Shown here in pieces: positions 40,893-51,887 of a stretch of DNA of 64,000 nt. The position numbers were made by a program, and so were the translations under genes. The notes under the pieces were generated by a model. That model was not told the origin of the DNA. It ran no database searches and worked only from the letters and a program-made list of their open reading frames with translations. Every line of letters begins with the position of its first letter. The first letter of the stretch is position 1. This DNA comes from an uncultured Spirochaetota bacterium (GTDB lineage: Bacteria; Spirochaetota; UBA4802; UBA5550), in the NCBI GenBank assembly GCA_963827275.1, contig CAWHAA010000001.1, forward strand, positions 128,001 through 192,000, in the 5' to 3' direction.

Positions 40893-41933
40893 TTAAAACT
40901 GGAGGCGCGTCCCCAGCTGAAGGCTGATGTCCCTGCCGTTGCTGATATTTACCATTGTCTCAAAATTGAGCTTCAGGATCCATATATTGATTTCGAGGCC
41001 GGCCACAAAAAGTCCCATGAATACGCGGGGGTGATATTTATATCCGACGGCGGCGAAGAGAAATTCAGAGTACCCCGCCAGCGCGGTGCTCGTTATCGGC
41101 CCGATACCGCTCCCGTCAAGGCTGTTGACCCCGTAGGTCAGGGACATCCCGAACCCCGCATACAGGTCGAATACCCACAGGAAATTGATGTAGGCCAGCG
41201 CCTGGGTGTTCACCGAGAACATGATCCACTTTAAATTGAAATTATAGTACGCGTCGAAATCTATATTGTAATTGCCCCCCGGGGGGTTGACCTCTATGCC
41301 CTTGAGCGTGTACCGGTAGTGGCCATCGATGGTGAGCAGACCTTCCATGTAATCCGCCCCGGCGCTCACGGTAAGGCCCCCGAAATCGAATATGTTCGCA
41401 AGGATCTTCTTTTTCTTGATAAGGTTTTTCCTGATCTTGGCGCCGCCGGAATAAATATTGAACTTGCCCAGCTTCGCCGATTCCTGGTTGAGTGGCGGCT
41501 TGTAAATAGCATCGGTGAGGACCATGAGCTTGAACATCAGGTCGAATCCGCCCGCGAGGCCGAAGCCGAAATAGAGCACCGGGTTGGGGGCATAGGCCGG
41601 GTATACGTTCGCATCGCGCGGCACGTCCTCGTCGTAATATTTCATGTTCGCGCACCCGATGGTGGCGGAGACGCCGAAGAACATATGCGGGAAATTGCCG
41701 ATGTAGGCGTCGCCCACCGGGTATCCCCCGACGTTCGCGAGCGCAAACGCGGCAGGATAGTTCCTGAAGTTCTTCGTGATTACATTGTCAATCTCATAGA
41801 CCGTGCTCAGCAATCCGGGAACGGGAATGCTCGGCGCCCTGGACGTATCCACGAACACCCATGCATGGACCGGCAGCGCACTGAAACAGTGCAGGGCTGC
41901 GATGGTGGCGACTGTTAGGAGCAAACGCTTCAT
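40893..41933 (-). CDS. Putative outer-membrane protein (Lsa36-like)
   Basis: Signal peptide MKRLLL...HA, beta-strand pattern, C-terminal F; family resemblance from memory. Confidence 0.55.
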   Translation of the reverse strand: MKRLLLTVATIAALHCFSALPVHAWVFVDTSRAPSIPVPGLLSTVYEIDNVITKNFRNYPAAFALANVGGYPVGDAYIGNFPHMFFGVSATIGCANMKYYDEDVPRDANVYPAYAPNPVLYFGFGLAGGFDLMFKLMVLTDAIYKPPLNQESAKLGKFNIYSGGAKIRKNLIKKKKILANIFDFGGLTVSAGADYMEGLLTIDGHYRYTLKGIEVNPPGGNYNIDFDAYYNFNLKWIMFSVNTQALAYINFLWVFDLYAGFGMSLTYGVNSLDGSGIGPITSTALAGYSEFLFAAVGYKYHPRVFMGLFVAGLEINIWILKLNFETMVNISNGRDISLQLGTRLQF

Positions 41934-42088
41934 GATGAATCCCGCATGGTAGTTATGTCTATTGTCGGCACAATGGCCTGCGAATAATATCATTATCCTG
42001 ACGTCATCAAGCATAATAGTACGCACAGAAGGATAATTTGTCAATGAATAACTGCATGGACTGGTTGCCGGCGGCGGGGTCCGCTCTT

Positions 42089-42862
42089 TCAGGAGCGGCC
42101 GGGTTCCCCGGTCAGGACCAGGGGCCGGTCCCCTGTTATGGCAACGGTATGCTCGAATTGCGCCGAGAGGCGTCCGTCCGCGGTGACCGCCGTCCATCCA
42201 TCCTTGAGCAGGCGCACCTCGCTGCCGCCTTCATTGATCATCGGCTCGACGGCAAGGACCATGCCGCTTTCGAGGAGGATGCCCGTGCCCCGCTTTCCGA
42301 AATGAGGGACGACGGGCGGCTCATGGAGGGCGAACCCCACCCCGTGCCCGGTGTAATTGCGGACCACGCTGTAGCCGCGGTCTTCGGCAAAAGACTGTAT
42401 GGCATGACCGATGTCCCCGATCCGGCCCCCGGGTCGCATGACGCCGATAGCGCGTTCCAGCGCCTGGCGGGCGGCATCCGCAAGGCGCAGGGCATTGTCG
42501 GGGACCGCTCCCACGGCAAACGTCCGGCACGCGTCGCTGAAATAACCGTTCAGCACCACGCCGATATCGACTTTTACCAGGTCCCCGTCCCTGATTTTCC
42601 TTTTTTTTGTCGGAACGCCATGGACCACTTCCTCATTGATGGAAATACAGGAAGCCGCACTGTACCGCGGCACTGTCTTAAAGGCGGGCCTCCCCTTCTG
42701 CTTGAGGATCATGGATTCTATGAGTGAGTCCAACTCCCAGGTGGACATCCCTTCAAGGGGAGCGCCGGAGAGGCTGGTGAATATGCCGGCAATGATGGCG
42801 CCGGAGTCGCTGATGCGCTTGATATCATCAGGAGACTTGAGGCGCACGCTTTTATTTCTCAT
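42089..42862 (-). CDS. map: Methionine aminopeptidase type I
   Basis: SINEEVVHGVP, DIGV...SD, GHGVG..LHE, AVEPM, AQFEHT. Confidence 0.96.
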   Translation of the reverse strand: MRNKSVRLKSPDDIKRISDSGAIIAGIFTSLSGAPLEGMSTWELDSLIESMILKQKGRPAFKTVPRYSAASCISINEEVVHGVPTKKRKIRDGDLVKVDIGVVLNGYFSDACRTFAVGAVPDNALRLADAARQALERAIGVMRPGGRIGDIGHAIQSFAEDRGYSVVRNYTGHGVGFALHEPPVVPHFGKRGTGILLESGMVLAVEPMINEGGSEVRLLKDGWTAVTADGRLSAQFEHTVAITGDRPLVLTGEPGRS

Positions 42863-42925
42863 GACGCGCTCTCGCCCCCGGCCAGCCGGCGCCGCCCGGG
42901 GGCGCCGCCGGCCCCGCGGCCGCCG

Positions 42926-43999
42926 CTACGCCTCGGCCGCACGGGCGTCTTCTGGCTTTTCATTCTCCTTTCCCTGCCCGGCAAGCCCGACCGCGGCCTT
43001 GATCTTCGCCTCGACCTCCTGCGCAAGGGCGGGATTGTCAGTAAAATACTTCTTCGCGTTCTCGCGCCCCTGCCCGATCCGCTCGTCGCCGTAGGAAAAC
43101 CAGGTGCCCGACTTCTTCACGATCTCGTGCTTCACGCCAAGGTCGAGGATGTCGCCTACCCGGGAGATGCCGGAATCGTACATGATGTCGAACTCGGCCT
43201 GCCGGAAGGGCGGCGCCACCTTGTTCTTCACGACCTTCACCCTGACCCGGTTGCCGACGGCCTCTTCCCCGGACTTCAGGGTCTCGATCTTGCGGATATC
43301 GAGGCGTATGGACGAATAGAACTTGAGGGCGTTGCCGCCGGTCGTGGTTTCCGGATTGCCGAACATCACGCCGATCTTCATCCGTATCTGGTTGATAAAT
43401 ATGACGCAGGTCTTCGACTTGGAGATGACGCCGGTAAGCTTCCTGAGCGCCTGGCTCATGAGGCGGGCCTGGAGGCCCATGTGGGAATCGCCCATGTCGC
43501 CGTCGATCTCCGCCTTCGGCACAAGCGCCGCGACCGAGTCGATGACGATGATATCCACCGCGCCGGAGCGGACCAGCGCCTCGACGATCTCCAGCGCCTC
43601 TTCCCCGGTGTCGGGCTGGGACACGAGGAGCTCGTCGGTCTTCACGCCCAGCTTGCCCGCGTAGGACGGGTCCATGGCGTGCTCGGCGTCGATGAACGCC
43701 GCGACCCCGCCCAGCTTCTGCGCCTCCGCCACCACGTGGAGCGTGAGCGTGGTCTTGCCGGATGACTCGGGGCCGTATATCTCAACGACCCTGCCGCGCG
43801 GCAGGCCGCCGATGCCGAGCGCGATATCCAGCTCAAGGGAACCGGTCGATATCGCCTCAACCTGCACGATCTTGTCTCCGTCCCCCAGCCGCATGATGGA
43901 GCCCTTGCCGAACTGTTTTTCTATCTGCATGATTGCCGATTCAAGGGCCTGGGTCTTCTGACCGTTCTCTTTCTGGTGCGTCTCTTTCTGCTCAGCCAT
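42926..43999 (-). CDS. recA: Recombinase A
   Basis: [42 protein letters not shown]; no intein. Confidence 0.99.
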   Translation of the reverse strand: MAEQKETHQKENGQKTQALESAIMQIEKQFGKGSIMRLGDGDKIVQVEAISTGSLELDIALGIGGLPRGRVVEIYGPESSGKTTLTLHVVAEAQKLGGVAAFIDAEHAMDPSYAGKLGVKTDELLVSQPDTGEEALEIVEALVRSGAVDIIVIDSVAALVPKAEIDGDMGDSHMGLQARLMSQALRKLTGVISKSKTCVIFINQIRMKIGVMFGNPETTTGGNALKFYSSIRLDIRKIETLKSGEEAVGNRVRVKVVKNKVAPPFRQAEFDIMYDSGISRVGDILDLGVKHEIVKKSGTWFSYGDERIGQGRENAKKYFTDNPALAQEVEAKIKAAVGLAGQGKENEKPEDARAAEA

Positions 44000-44434
44000 G
44001 TGGGTTACCTCGTCGTGTTGAATGAATTCTATCGCCTGTGCCGCAGGCCGGTAGCGCCTTGCCGGGCATCTTCCCGGCCCGGGCTGAATCCGCGGCTATC
44101 GTAGTGCGCGCACGCGATTGATGTGTATACGAATATGCCCTTGCAAATAGTAAAACTTATGTCTCATCAATTTGTAAAGAACAAAAATTTTTTCATCCGT
44201 ATGTATGGAGGAATATGCCGGGCGCGTGATTATGTCAAGTAAAAAATACTATATTTTTGTTAAGTATATATATTTTTATTCCCGCCCGGAACCTGCGCGG
44301 CCAGGGACAGTCATTCGGAACCGGTCCGGGCAATGGCCGGATATTTTATAGCGTAAAAATTACTGGACAGGGGCCACCGGCCGGTACAATACCAATCAGC
44401 AGTGCATATCAATACCCATGAGGAAGGAGTTCAT

Positions 44435-44800
44435 ATGAAAAAGAAAGCCGTGTGCATATCGCTGCTGGCCGTCATGGCGCTGTGCGGCGCTGCGTTCAGC
44501 CAGGCGGCCCCGGAAAAGACGGAGCCCGTGCCGGTCGAGTACGGTCAAACCATCATCGGCTCATGGAAATTTGACCTTGGCGGCGGGTTCACGGCGTCAA
44601 TTGAATACAAGGCGGACGGCACTTTCGAGCAGAAGGTTGACCGGCTGGTCATAAAGGGAAAATACGAGCTCACCGGAAATAAATTGAAAACCGTGACAAA
44701 AGGGCAGACGACGCAGTTCACCATCGTCTCTTTTGAGAACAACAAGCTGACCATCAAGCGCGACAAGGACGGCCGCGTTATAGTCTACCAGAAGCATTAG
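44435..44800 (+). CDS. Secreted lipocalin-like hypothetical protein
   Basis: AGGAG RBS, signal peptide, IIGSW..DGTF..GKY beta pattern. Confidence 0.65.
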   Translation: MKKKAVCISLLAVMALCGAAFSQAAPEKTEPVPVEYGQTIIGSWKFDLGGGFTASIEYKADGTFEQKVDRLVIKGKYELTGNKLKTVTKGQTTQFTIVSFENNKLTIKRDKDGRVIVYQKH

Positions 44801-45222
44801 GCGCGCACGCGGCATGAACCGCGCCGCCCGCCGGGCAGCCCCACAGGGCCGGCGAATATCCTTCCAGGCCTGTTTTCCGCATAGCTGCCGATGGCATTTC
44901 CCGGCCTGACGCCGTAAAGGTGCCGGTTATCACAGGATTGTCCCATCCCCCCGCAGGCTGTGTATCTGCCGCCGGAAACCCCGGCAGGCGGCCCCACACA
45001 TCAAAATAGTTGAACATCATGTCCGATTAGTCCACTTAATCAGCTCATACCCATCCAGGTTATTTATTTATTTTAAAACTTATGAGTCAACGCCGCTACT
45101 TTCATTGACAATAAACAGGGGGATACAAAAAATGTTTACACGGGGGCAGGAAATGTATATTTTTTCCGCCTCCCAAGTCAACCATAGCTGGCTGATCTTT
45201 TAAGATTATTCGGAGGTACTCT

Positions 45223-47049
45223 ATGAGCGCATTTAAACCGTATGATGAAACAACCATCCCGGGGATCTTCAAGAACAGGGTGGCACACGTTCACACAAAA
45301 GTATTCGCGAAAATTCGCGAAGGAAAGGTCTGGAAGGACTATACGTACGACGACGCCAACGAGCAGGTTGACGCGCTTGCCTCGTATTTCATAAAGAAAG
45401 GGATCAAACCCGGGGACAAGATCGCCATATATTCCAACAACAGGCCGGAATGGTGCATCTCGGACATCGCGTCCCACGCGATCGGCGCGGCGGACGTTAC
45501 GATCTACCCGACGAATTCCGGCCCCGAAGCGTCGTACATATTAAACGATTCCGGCGCGAAGGTGTGCATGTGCGCGGGCAAGTTCCAGGTGGACAATCTC
45601 CTCGGCGAGAAGAAAAAGCTGAAAGCCCTCAAGGAGATCATCGTGTTTGATGAGCTCGATTACAAGGACAAGACGGTCGTCAGGTTTTCCGACGCGCTCA
45701 GGCAGGGCCGGAAAAACCTCAACCTGAAGGAGATCGACAAGCGGCTGCGGGCCATCGACCTCGAGGAAACGGCCACGCTGATCTATACCTCCGGCACCAC
45801 CGGCGACCCGAAGGGGGTCATGCTGACCCACAACAACCTGGTGACCAACACGAAGCAGTTCCTGGAGCACCATCCGTTCCCGAAGGAAAACTTCGAGGCG
45901 CTGTGCGTCTCCCTCCTGCCCCTCTCGCACTCGCTCGAGCGCACCATCGGCTACAATTCGATCATCCATGAGTCCGGGACCATCGCCTATACCAAGGGCG
46001 CCGAGACCCTGGTCCAGGACCTGAAAGACATCAGGCCCTACTGCTGCGTGTACGTGCCCCGGGTGCTGGAAAAGCTGTACGAAGGGATCATGTCGCAGCT
46101 GCGCGACGCCCCGCCGAGCAAGAAGAAGCTGTTCAGCCTGGCCATGAAGGCCGGCAAGCGGGCGGTGCCCTACATACTGTCGAACCGGCCCCTGCCCTTC
46201 CCGCTCAGCGTGAACTACCGGATGGCGGACAAGGTGATCTTTTCCAAGATCAGGGCGGCGCTCGGCCTCGACCGGATGATCGTCATGGGCGTCGGCGGCG
46301 CGCCGCTGTCCGACACCATCAACGAGTTCTTCCAGGCCCTCGGCATCGAGGTGCACCTCGGCTACGGACTGACCGAAACCACGCCGGTGACACACCTGAA
46401 CACCTTCAGGTATATCAGGCCGATCAAGCTGGGCACGTGCGGCCCCGCGTTTCCGCGGACCGAGTGCCGGATCGCGGATGACGGCGAGGTCATGATCCGC
46501 GGACCGCAGGTCATGAAGGGGTATTACAACAGGCCCGAGGACACGAAGGAGGTGCTGACCGGGGACGGCTGGTTTCACACCGGCGACATCGGCGTGATCG
46601 ATGAAGACGGCTACCTGAAGATCACCGACAGGAAAAAGGACATCATCATCACCGCGGGCGGAAAGAACGTGGCGCCGCAGGTGATCGAGGGCATGTTTAT
46701 CACGCACCCCTTCATCGAGCAGATGGCGGTCATCGGCGACCAGATGAAATACCTGGTGTCGCTGATCGTGCCCTGCTTCCCCGAGGTGGTCAAGTGGGCA
46801 AAGACGAAAGGCATCGCCGAGACCGACCCGAAAAAGCTGATCAAGAACCCCGAGGTCATGAAGAAATTCAAGGACATCGTGGACGAGCTGAACAGGCCCC
46901 TCGGCAGGGTGGAGCAGATCAAGAGCTTCTCGCTCCTGGACCAGCCCTTCACCCAGGAATCCGGCGAGCTGACGCCGACCCTCAAGGTAAAGAGGAAAGT
47001 GGTGCTGAAGAACTACAGGGACGTGATCGACGGGATGTACAGGGAATAG
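45223..47049 (+). CDS. Long-chain fatty-acid--CoA ligase (AMP-binding)
   Basis: YTSGTTGDPKG, GYGLTET, GWFHTGDIG, ELTPTLK. Confidence 0.93.
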   Translation: MSAFKPYDETTIPGIFKNRVAHVHTKVFAKIREGKVWKDYTYDDANEQVDALASYFIKKGIKPGDKIAIYSNNRPEWCISDIASHAIGAADVTIYPTNSGPEASYILNDSGAKVCMCAGKFQVDNLLGEKKKLKALKEIIVFDELDYKDKTVVRFSDALRQGRKNLNLKEIDKRLRAIDLEETATLIYTSGTTGDPKGVMLTHNNLVTNTKQFLEHHPFPKENFEALCVSLLPLSHSLERTIGYNSIIHESGTIAYTKGAETLVQDLKDIRPYCCVYVPRVLEKLYEGIMSQLRDAPPSKKKLFSLAMKAGKRAVPYILSNRPLPFPLSVNYRMADKVIFSKIRAALGLDRMIVMGVGGAPLSDTINEFFQALGIEVHLGYGLTETTPVTHLNTFRYIRPIKLGTCGPAFPRTECRIADDGEVMIRGPQVMKGYYNRPEDTKEVLTGDGWFHTGDIGVIDEDGYLKITDRKKDIIITAGGKNVAPQVIEGMFITHPFIEQMAVIGDQMKYLVSLIVPCFPEVVKWAKTKGIAETDPKKLIKNPEVMKKFKDIVDELNRPLGRVEQIKSFSLLDQPFTQESGELTPTLKVKRKVVLKNYRDVIDGMYRE

Positions 47050-47069
47050 GGTCCATCTCAATTTTTAAC

Positions 47070-47104
47070 AAAAAAGACGGCGTTGACCAACGCCGTCTTT
47101 TTTT
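47070..47104. terminator. Bidirectional intrinsic terminator
   Basis: AAAAAAGACGGCGTTG-AC-CAACGCCGTCTTTTTTT. Confidence 0.9.
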
Positions 47105-47336
47105 AAAAGCACGAGTTTTAGTAATATCTTTAAATCATATGCCGTTGCCCCGGTTTCATCGTTTTGAAATCGAGCTTCAAACATTGAAGTATCTATTCTC
47201 CCCTCTACATGATAGTTTATGGCATACTCAAACATTCCCGGCATGTAATGAGAATTTAATTGTTTGCATTAGTCAATTAATTTCAACTAACAGTGACTTA
47301 TTCCACAGACTCGTCATACGCCATTCGCCCTGACAT

Positions 47337-47663
47337 TTAATCCAGATCAAAAGCTATTAATATAGCTTTATTTAATTCATTTAATTTTTGAGGAGATAAA
47401 GTCCCGATGTAATCAGTTAATAAAGATTTTGGAATACTAATAATTTCATCACAATAAATACAACTATCATGTTTTAAACCATCATCTATCCCGATAGGGA
47501 CTTGCGTTGAAATTCCAAGATAGTTTGAATAAACAGGGGCGCAAATAACAGTGGAAAATTTTGAATCAATCAGGGTTTGTCTACTTAGAATAGCAAAAAC
47601 ACGATAATTCTTTGTATCGTGCTTAGATCCCTTAAAGACCCTATAAAGATCACCCCGCTTCAA
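47337..47663 (-). CDS. PemK/MazF-family toxin
   Basis: [33 protein letters not shown]. Confidence 0.85.
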   Translation of the reverse strand: MKRGDLYRVFKGSKHDTKNYRVFAILSRQTLIDSKFSTVICAPVYSNYLGISTQVPIGIDDGLKHDSCIYCDEIISIPKSLLTDYIGTLSPQKLNELNKAILIAFDLD

Positions 47664-47890
47664 ATATGAACCTGGCAGGATAAGATATCATCAGCTTCTT
47701 TATTTAATTCATCAGCAGAGCGATTAATAATATCCAGATCATTTTTATTGCGCAGATTACGTTTTTTATGAACCAAGTAATTTTTAATAGCTTCTTCAAT
47801 AAAAAGGGAGCGATTCCCTGATTTGGAAATAATTAGATCAATTTCTTTTAGAAGGCTTTTAGACAGAGTAATGGATGTTTTAACTTTCAT
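47660..47890 (-). CDS. Ribbon-helix-helix antitoxin
   Basis: KTSITLS..LL..ID...NRS.FIEEA; 4-nt overlap with the toxin gene. Confidence 0.8.
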   Translation of the reverse strand: MKVKTSITLSKSLLKEIDLIISKSGNRSLFIEEAIKNYLVHKKRNLRNKNDLDIINRSADELNKEADDILSCQVHI

Positions 47891-48039
47891 ACTACCAATA
47901 TACTACCACAACAATACTTGTCAAGATTTTTCATACTGCAAATCTTTATAATGAATTACTTCTGTTTTTGTTGGCTTTCTTGTAGATGTAATTCGAATAA
48001 TAATTAAAGAACGATGTTCTGGGGTGGTGTACTGTAAAT

Positions 48040-48627
48040 TTAATTGTCATCATATTTATTCTCCTTTTTCCATCTAATAATATATGCCCCTGTTTCTGGA
48101 TTTTTTTGTCGTTCAGTATAAACAAACGTATGATTCTTTGTTTCAACATGCTCCTTCAACTTTTCAAATATTGGATGTGAACAATTGTCATAAATCCAAT
48201 CAAGCAATAGTAAATAATAACGTTTTTTTCTTTCTTCTTTATCTTTCGGTTGTATACATCCCGGTGCACTTTTTGCAGTATAGTTCAATTTTTCATTTTC
48301 CCATATATTAGTTTTCTTGTTAAATTTTTTACCTATCATTATATAATCATCAGCACTAGGTTCATCGGCCCCGGATTTTAAAAGCATCTCAATTGTTTCA
48401 ATATTTCCACGTTCACACGCATATCTTAAAGCAAGATTCCAATATTTATTTACTTTCAATGGAAATTTACTGGGATTTAATTTATTTGTGTCAATAAGCA
48501 TTTGTATAATGTCATTATAACTATTTACGACTGCCCACAATAAAACTTCTTCATTGCCCTTTTCAAAATTATCCATTTTTTGTATTTGATTAATAATTTG
48601 AATTTGTGGTATTGTGTATAAATCCAT
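48040..48627 (-). CDS. Ankyrin-repeat-containing hypothetical protein
   Basis: ALRYACERGNIETIEMLLKSGAD ankyrin motif. Confidence 0.7.
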   Translation of the reverse strand: MDLYTIPQIQIINQIQKMDNFEKGNEEVLLWAVVNSYNDIIQMLIDTNKLNPSKFPLKVNKYWNLALRYACERGNIETIEMLLKSGADEPSADDYIMIGKKFNKKTNIWENEKLNYTAKSAPGCIQPKDKEERKKRYYLLLLDWIYDNCSHPIFEKLKEHVETKNHTFVYTERQKNPETGAYIIRWKKENKYDDN

Positions 48628-48727
48628 GTTCTATCCTTTTTTAGTACGAATAACACAATAGAAAAACGAGTGTATCCAATCCAGGCCTTCGATTATTAAT
48701 ACGTCGAACAATCCCGCAATATTTATT

Positions 48728-49618
48728 TTAAGAATTTAAAGCTACAAGAAAATCATTTTCAGAAACAATACTTATTTTAGCACCTTCCTTTTTATATTCC
48801 ATCGCCTTTTCAATTTTACCTCCATAAGTTGTATATTTCCAACATGGGTTAGATAAATCACCAATGACAAGATAATTTAAATCAAGTGTCACGTTCTTTT
48901 GGGATATCCCTCCACGTTCAATAATCAAATCAATTACAGTCCCACGTTTTACTTTCATCAATCCAGTTATACAAACTGATTTTCCTTCAATTGTTATATT
49001 CACCACCTTTTCAGTAATTCCCTTCATCGTTTCTACAATCGGTGCGTCTGTTTCCATCCATCTATTGACGAATACTGTTTTATCATACACTTTAAAATTT
49101 GTTTTATTGTCTTGAAAACCAGTAATAAAATTTAATAATTTGATTTCTTCTTCTTTTGTTACAACACCATCTTCTAATATTTTTTGTAAATGATTATATA
49201 ATTTATCGAATGGCCATTTCGTGATTACTGGCTCATGGTACAACATCCATTTTTCTAATGCCTTTACTTCATCTGTATTAATTATGTTATCCGCACCAAT
49301 ACCTAGAACAAACCCATGTAAAACTTGAATTTCATTTTTCAAGTTATCATATGGGCTGTTTTCTTCTTCATAATTTTTACAATACTGCATTAAATCATCT
49401 TGTTCATATTCATCAATAATTTCATCTTCAACTATCCTTTCAATCATTTCATATATTTCACAAAATGGCATTTTATATAATAAGTTGTTATGAGTTTCCA
49501 ACCATTCTTTCAGTTTTTGTAATTCTTTAATGTTAATCTTTCTATCTGCTTTAATGCCAGATAATACACCTATTAGTTTATTTGTTGCCCGTTCAAAGTC
49601 ATTTGACATAGCTGGCAT
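48728..49618 (-). CDS. BRCT-domain protein with duplicated TerB-like helical N-terminal repeats
   Basis: GKSVCITG...IIERGG..VT..LNYLVIG...YGGKIEKA...IVSE (BRCT); repeats G..AD..IN..E...L..W; start uncertain (49633/49618/49609). Confidence 0.8.
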   Translation of the reverse strand: MPAMSNDFERATNKLIGVLSGIKADRKINIKELQKLKEWLETHNNLLYKMPFCEIYEMIERIVEDEIIDEYEQDDLMQYCKNYEEENSPYDNLKNEIQVLHGFVLGIGADNIINTDEVKALEKWMLYHEPVITKWPFDKLYNHLQKILEDGVVTKEEEIKLLNFITGFQDNKTNFKVYDKTVFVNRWMETDAPIVETMKGITEKVVNITIEGKSVCITGLMKVKRGTVIDLIIERGGISQKNVTLDLNYLVIGDLSNPCWKYTTYGGKIEKAMEYKKEGAKISIVSENDFLVALNS

Positions 49619-49685
49619 TATACTATCCCCCATAAATAATATATTATATAAAATGATTTATCACATAACAGCTAAATGTCAATAT

Positions 49686-49716
49686 AAAAAAGCCGGGGGG
49701 TTAATCCCGGCTTTTT
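49686..49716. terminator. Bidirectional terminator-like hairpin
   Basis: AAAAAAGCCGGG...CCCGGCTTTTT. Confidence 0.7.
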
Positions 49717-49967
49717 AAATGTAAATACTGATACCGTTTACAAATTTTTATTTATTATAAAATTACTTTCATTATCCTTTTTCTGTAAATCATGTAAACA
49801 AACGGGGATAAAATCCGATGAAATAATTATCGGGTCATACATGGGCCCAACGCCAGTCAGGACGATTGCGGGACTGGGAGAGAGGCGCGAGGAGGGAGGC
49901 GGCGAAAGCGTCCCTCCTCGCAAAAATTGCACGGCCAGCGCCGGTGGGGGCGCCGGCCCGTTAATGA

Positions 49968-51571
49968 CTACACGCCGTGGCTCTCGCCGTTGGCGCCCTG
50001 CATCATGTCCCGGCCGCGCTGCCCGGCGATCTTCATGTACTCGAGCTTGTTCAGCGCGTCCACGAACGAGTGGATCCCCGCTATGGACACGTCTATGTTG
50101 GCGGAGCTCCCGAACGCCTTGAGCTTCTTTCCTTCATGCTCGTCGGACACGGTGCAGTGCACCTCGGCGACGGCGTCGGACCCGCCGGTTATGGCGACCA
50201 GGTTAAAGGATGTAATGACCGCCGTGGTGCCGGTGATCTTCTTGACCGCGATCACGCCCGCGTCAACGCCGCCGTTGCCGTGCGCCACTTCGAATTTCTC
50301 CTTGCTCCCCTTCTTGCGGTCCTTTATCGTCACGAGGGCCATGGGCGGGGAGAACATGCCGGTGGATATCTGCACGTTCTCCACCTTGTACCGCCGGTGC
50401 TCCTCCTCCTTGAAGAACGACTCCCCTACCAGGACCATCAGGTCCTCGTCGAAGACCTCCTTCTTGCTGTCAGCGAGCGCCTTGAAAAGCCGGAAGAAGC
50501 GCTCCGTCTCCTCCTTGTCAAGGGAATAGCCGAGCGAGGCCAGGCGGTCGAGGACGGCATGCCGCCCCGAATGCTTGCCGAGCACCAGCGTGGACTTGGT
50601 GATCCCCACGTCCTCCGGCTTCATGATCTCGTAGGTCATGGCGTTCTTCAGCAGGCCGTCCTGGTGGATGCCCGATTCGTGGGCGAAGGCGTTGCCGCCC
50701 ACGACGGCCTTGTTCGGCTGCACCGAAACGCCGGTGATGTTCGAGAGAAGGCGGCTCGTGGGGACGATCTGCTTCGTGTTGATGCCGGTATGGAGCCTGA
50801 ACAGGTCGGCCCGGGTGTGGACCGCCATCACGATCTCCTCCATGGCGGTGTTCCCCGCCCGCTCGCCGATGCCGTTGACCGTGCACTCGACCTGGCGCGC
50901 CCCCGCCTCTATGGCGGCGAGCGAATTGGCCACGGCCAGGCCCAGGTCATTGTGGCAGTGGACCGAGATGACGGCGCCTGCCGATGTTCGGCACGTGCTC
51001 GAAAAGATAGCGTATCAGGCGTGTTAAAATCGGACGGGATGGCATAGCCGACCGTGTCCGGTATGTTCACCGTCACCGCGCCCGCCTCGATGACGGCATG
51101 GACCATTTCCGCGAGGTAGGCCCGGTCGCTGCGCGTCGCGTCCATCGGCGAAAATTCGACGTTTTGCGTGTATCCCTTCGCCTGGGTCACGGCCTCAACG
51201 GCGATCTTCAGCACCTCTTCCCTGGTCTTCTTGAACTGGTGGATGATGTGAATGTCCGAGCTCGATATGAAGGTGTGGATGCGGGGGTTCTCCGCGCCCT
51301 TGATGGCGTTCCACGAGACATCGATATCCTTCTGGTTCGCCCTGGCCAGCCCCGCAATCTGCACCCCGCGGGCGCGGTCCGCGATCATCTTGACCGCCTC
51401 GAAATCCCCGTCGGAAGCGATCGGGAACCCGGCCTCGATGACATCGACCCCGAGCTTGACGAGCTGGTCGGCGAACAAGATCTTTTCCTTGATGTTCATG
51501 GTAAAACCGGGCGACTGCTCGCCGTCACGAAGGGTGGTATCAAATATTATGACTTTATTGTTGTCCGTCAT
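49968..51571 (-). CDS. leuA: 2-isopropylmalate synthase (frameshifts near 50950-51030)
   Basis: [41 protein letters not shown]; Leu attenuator upstream. Confidence 0.92.
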
Positions 51572-51754
51572 GGTAATTCTCCTTTATTTATAATGCTGCC
51601 TTATCAGCGTCCCGGTGCCGGGACATGAAACCGCACTCATACGATCAACGCCACTGGCGGCAGTCAAGCAACCAGGGGCACAGGCCCCGCACCCTCCAGG
51701 CAACCGTCACACTATGTTCATACTCCATTATCGTACCATCCAGTCTCATATCAT

Positions 51755-51785
51755 AAAAAAAGCCGCCACTGTTGTGACGGCTTTT
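51755..51785 (-). terminator. Attenuator terminator of leuA
   Basis: Minus strand AGCCGTCAC-AACA-GTGGCGGCT followed by TTTTTT. Confidence 0.85.
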
Positions 51786-51809
51786 ATACTTGCGTATTAA
51801 AAAAAGGCA

Positions 51810-51887
51810 TCACAAACCCGGGCCAGTGCTGGTAAGAGCCAGGCTTAATAACAGGGTTAGGAGCAGGGTGTTCTTCAGGGATGCCAT
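51810..51887 (-). CDS. Leucine-rich leader peptide MASLKNTLLLTLLLSLALTSTGPGL
   Basis: 25 codons with 10 Leu (including CTA and TTA-TTA), directly before the terminator hairpin upstream of leuA. Confidence 0.85.
   Translation of the reverse strand: MASLKNTLLLTLLLSLALTSTGPGL

Larger units (their letters stand above)
47105..49830. mobile_element. AT-rich horizontally acquired island (no integrase seen)
   Basis: Abrupt drop in GC relative to the flanking ligase and leuA genes; carries a TA pair, an ankyrin gene and a BRCT gene. Confidence 0.6.

Noticed and set aside
44100..44280. Known LexA box upstream of recA
   Set aside because: No clean match to CTGT-N8-ACAG, GAAC-N4-GTTC or TTTG-N5-CAAA was found.
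45541..47061. 506-aa antisense ORF (and similar shadows over umuC, recA, leuA, ahcY and sahR)
   Set aside because: Opposite strand of GC-rich genes with strong third-position bias; no recognisable domains.
47305..47335. attC-like remnant (GGCGAATGGCGTATGAC, minus strand) after the toxin gene
   Set aside because: No complementary R' box or stem found, no second site, and no integron integrase.
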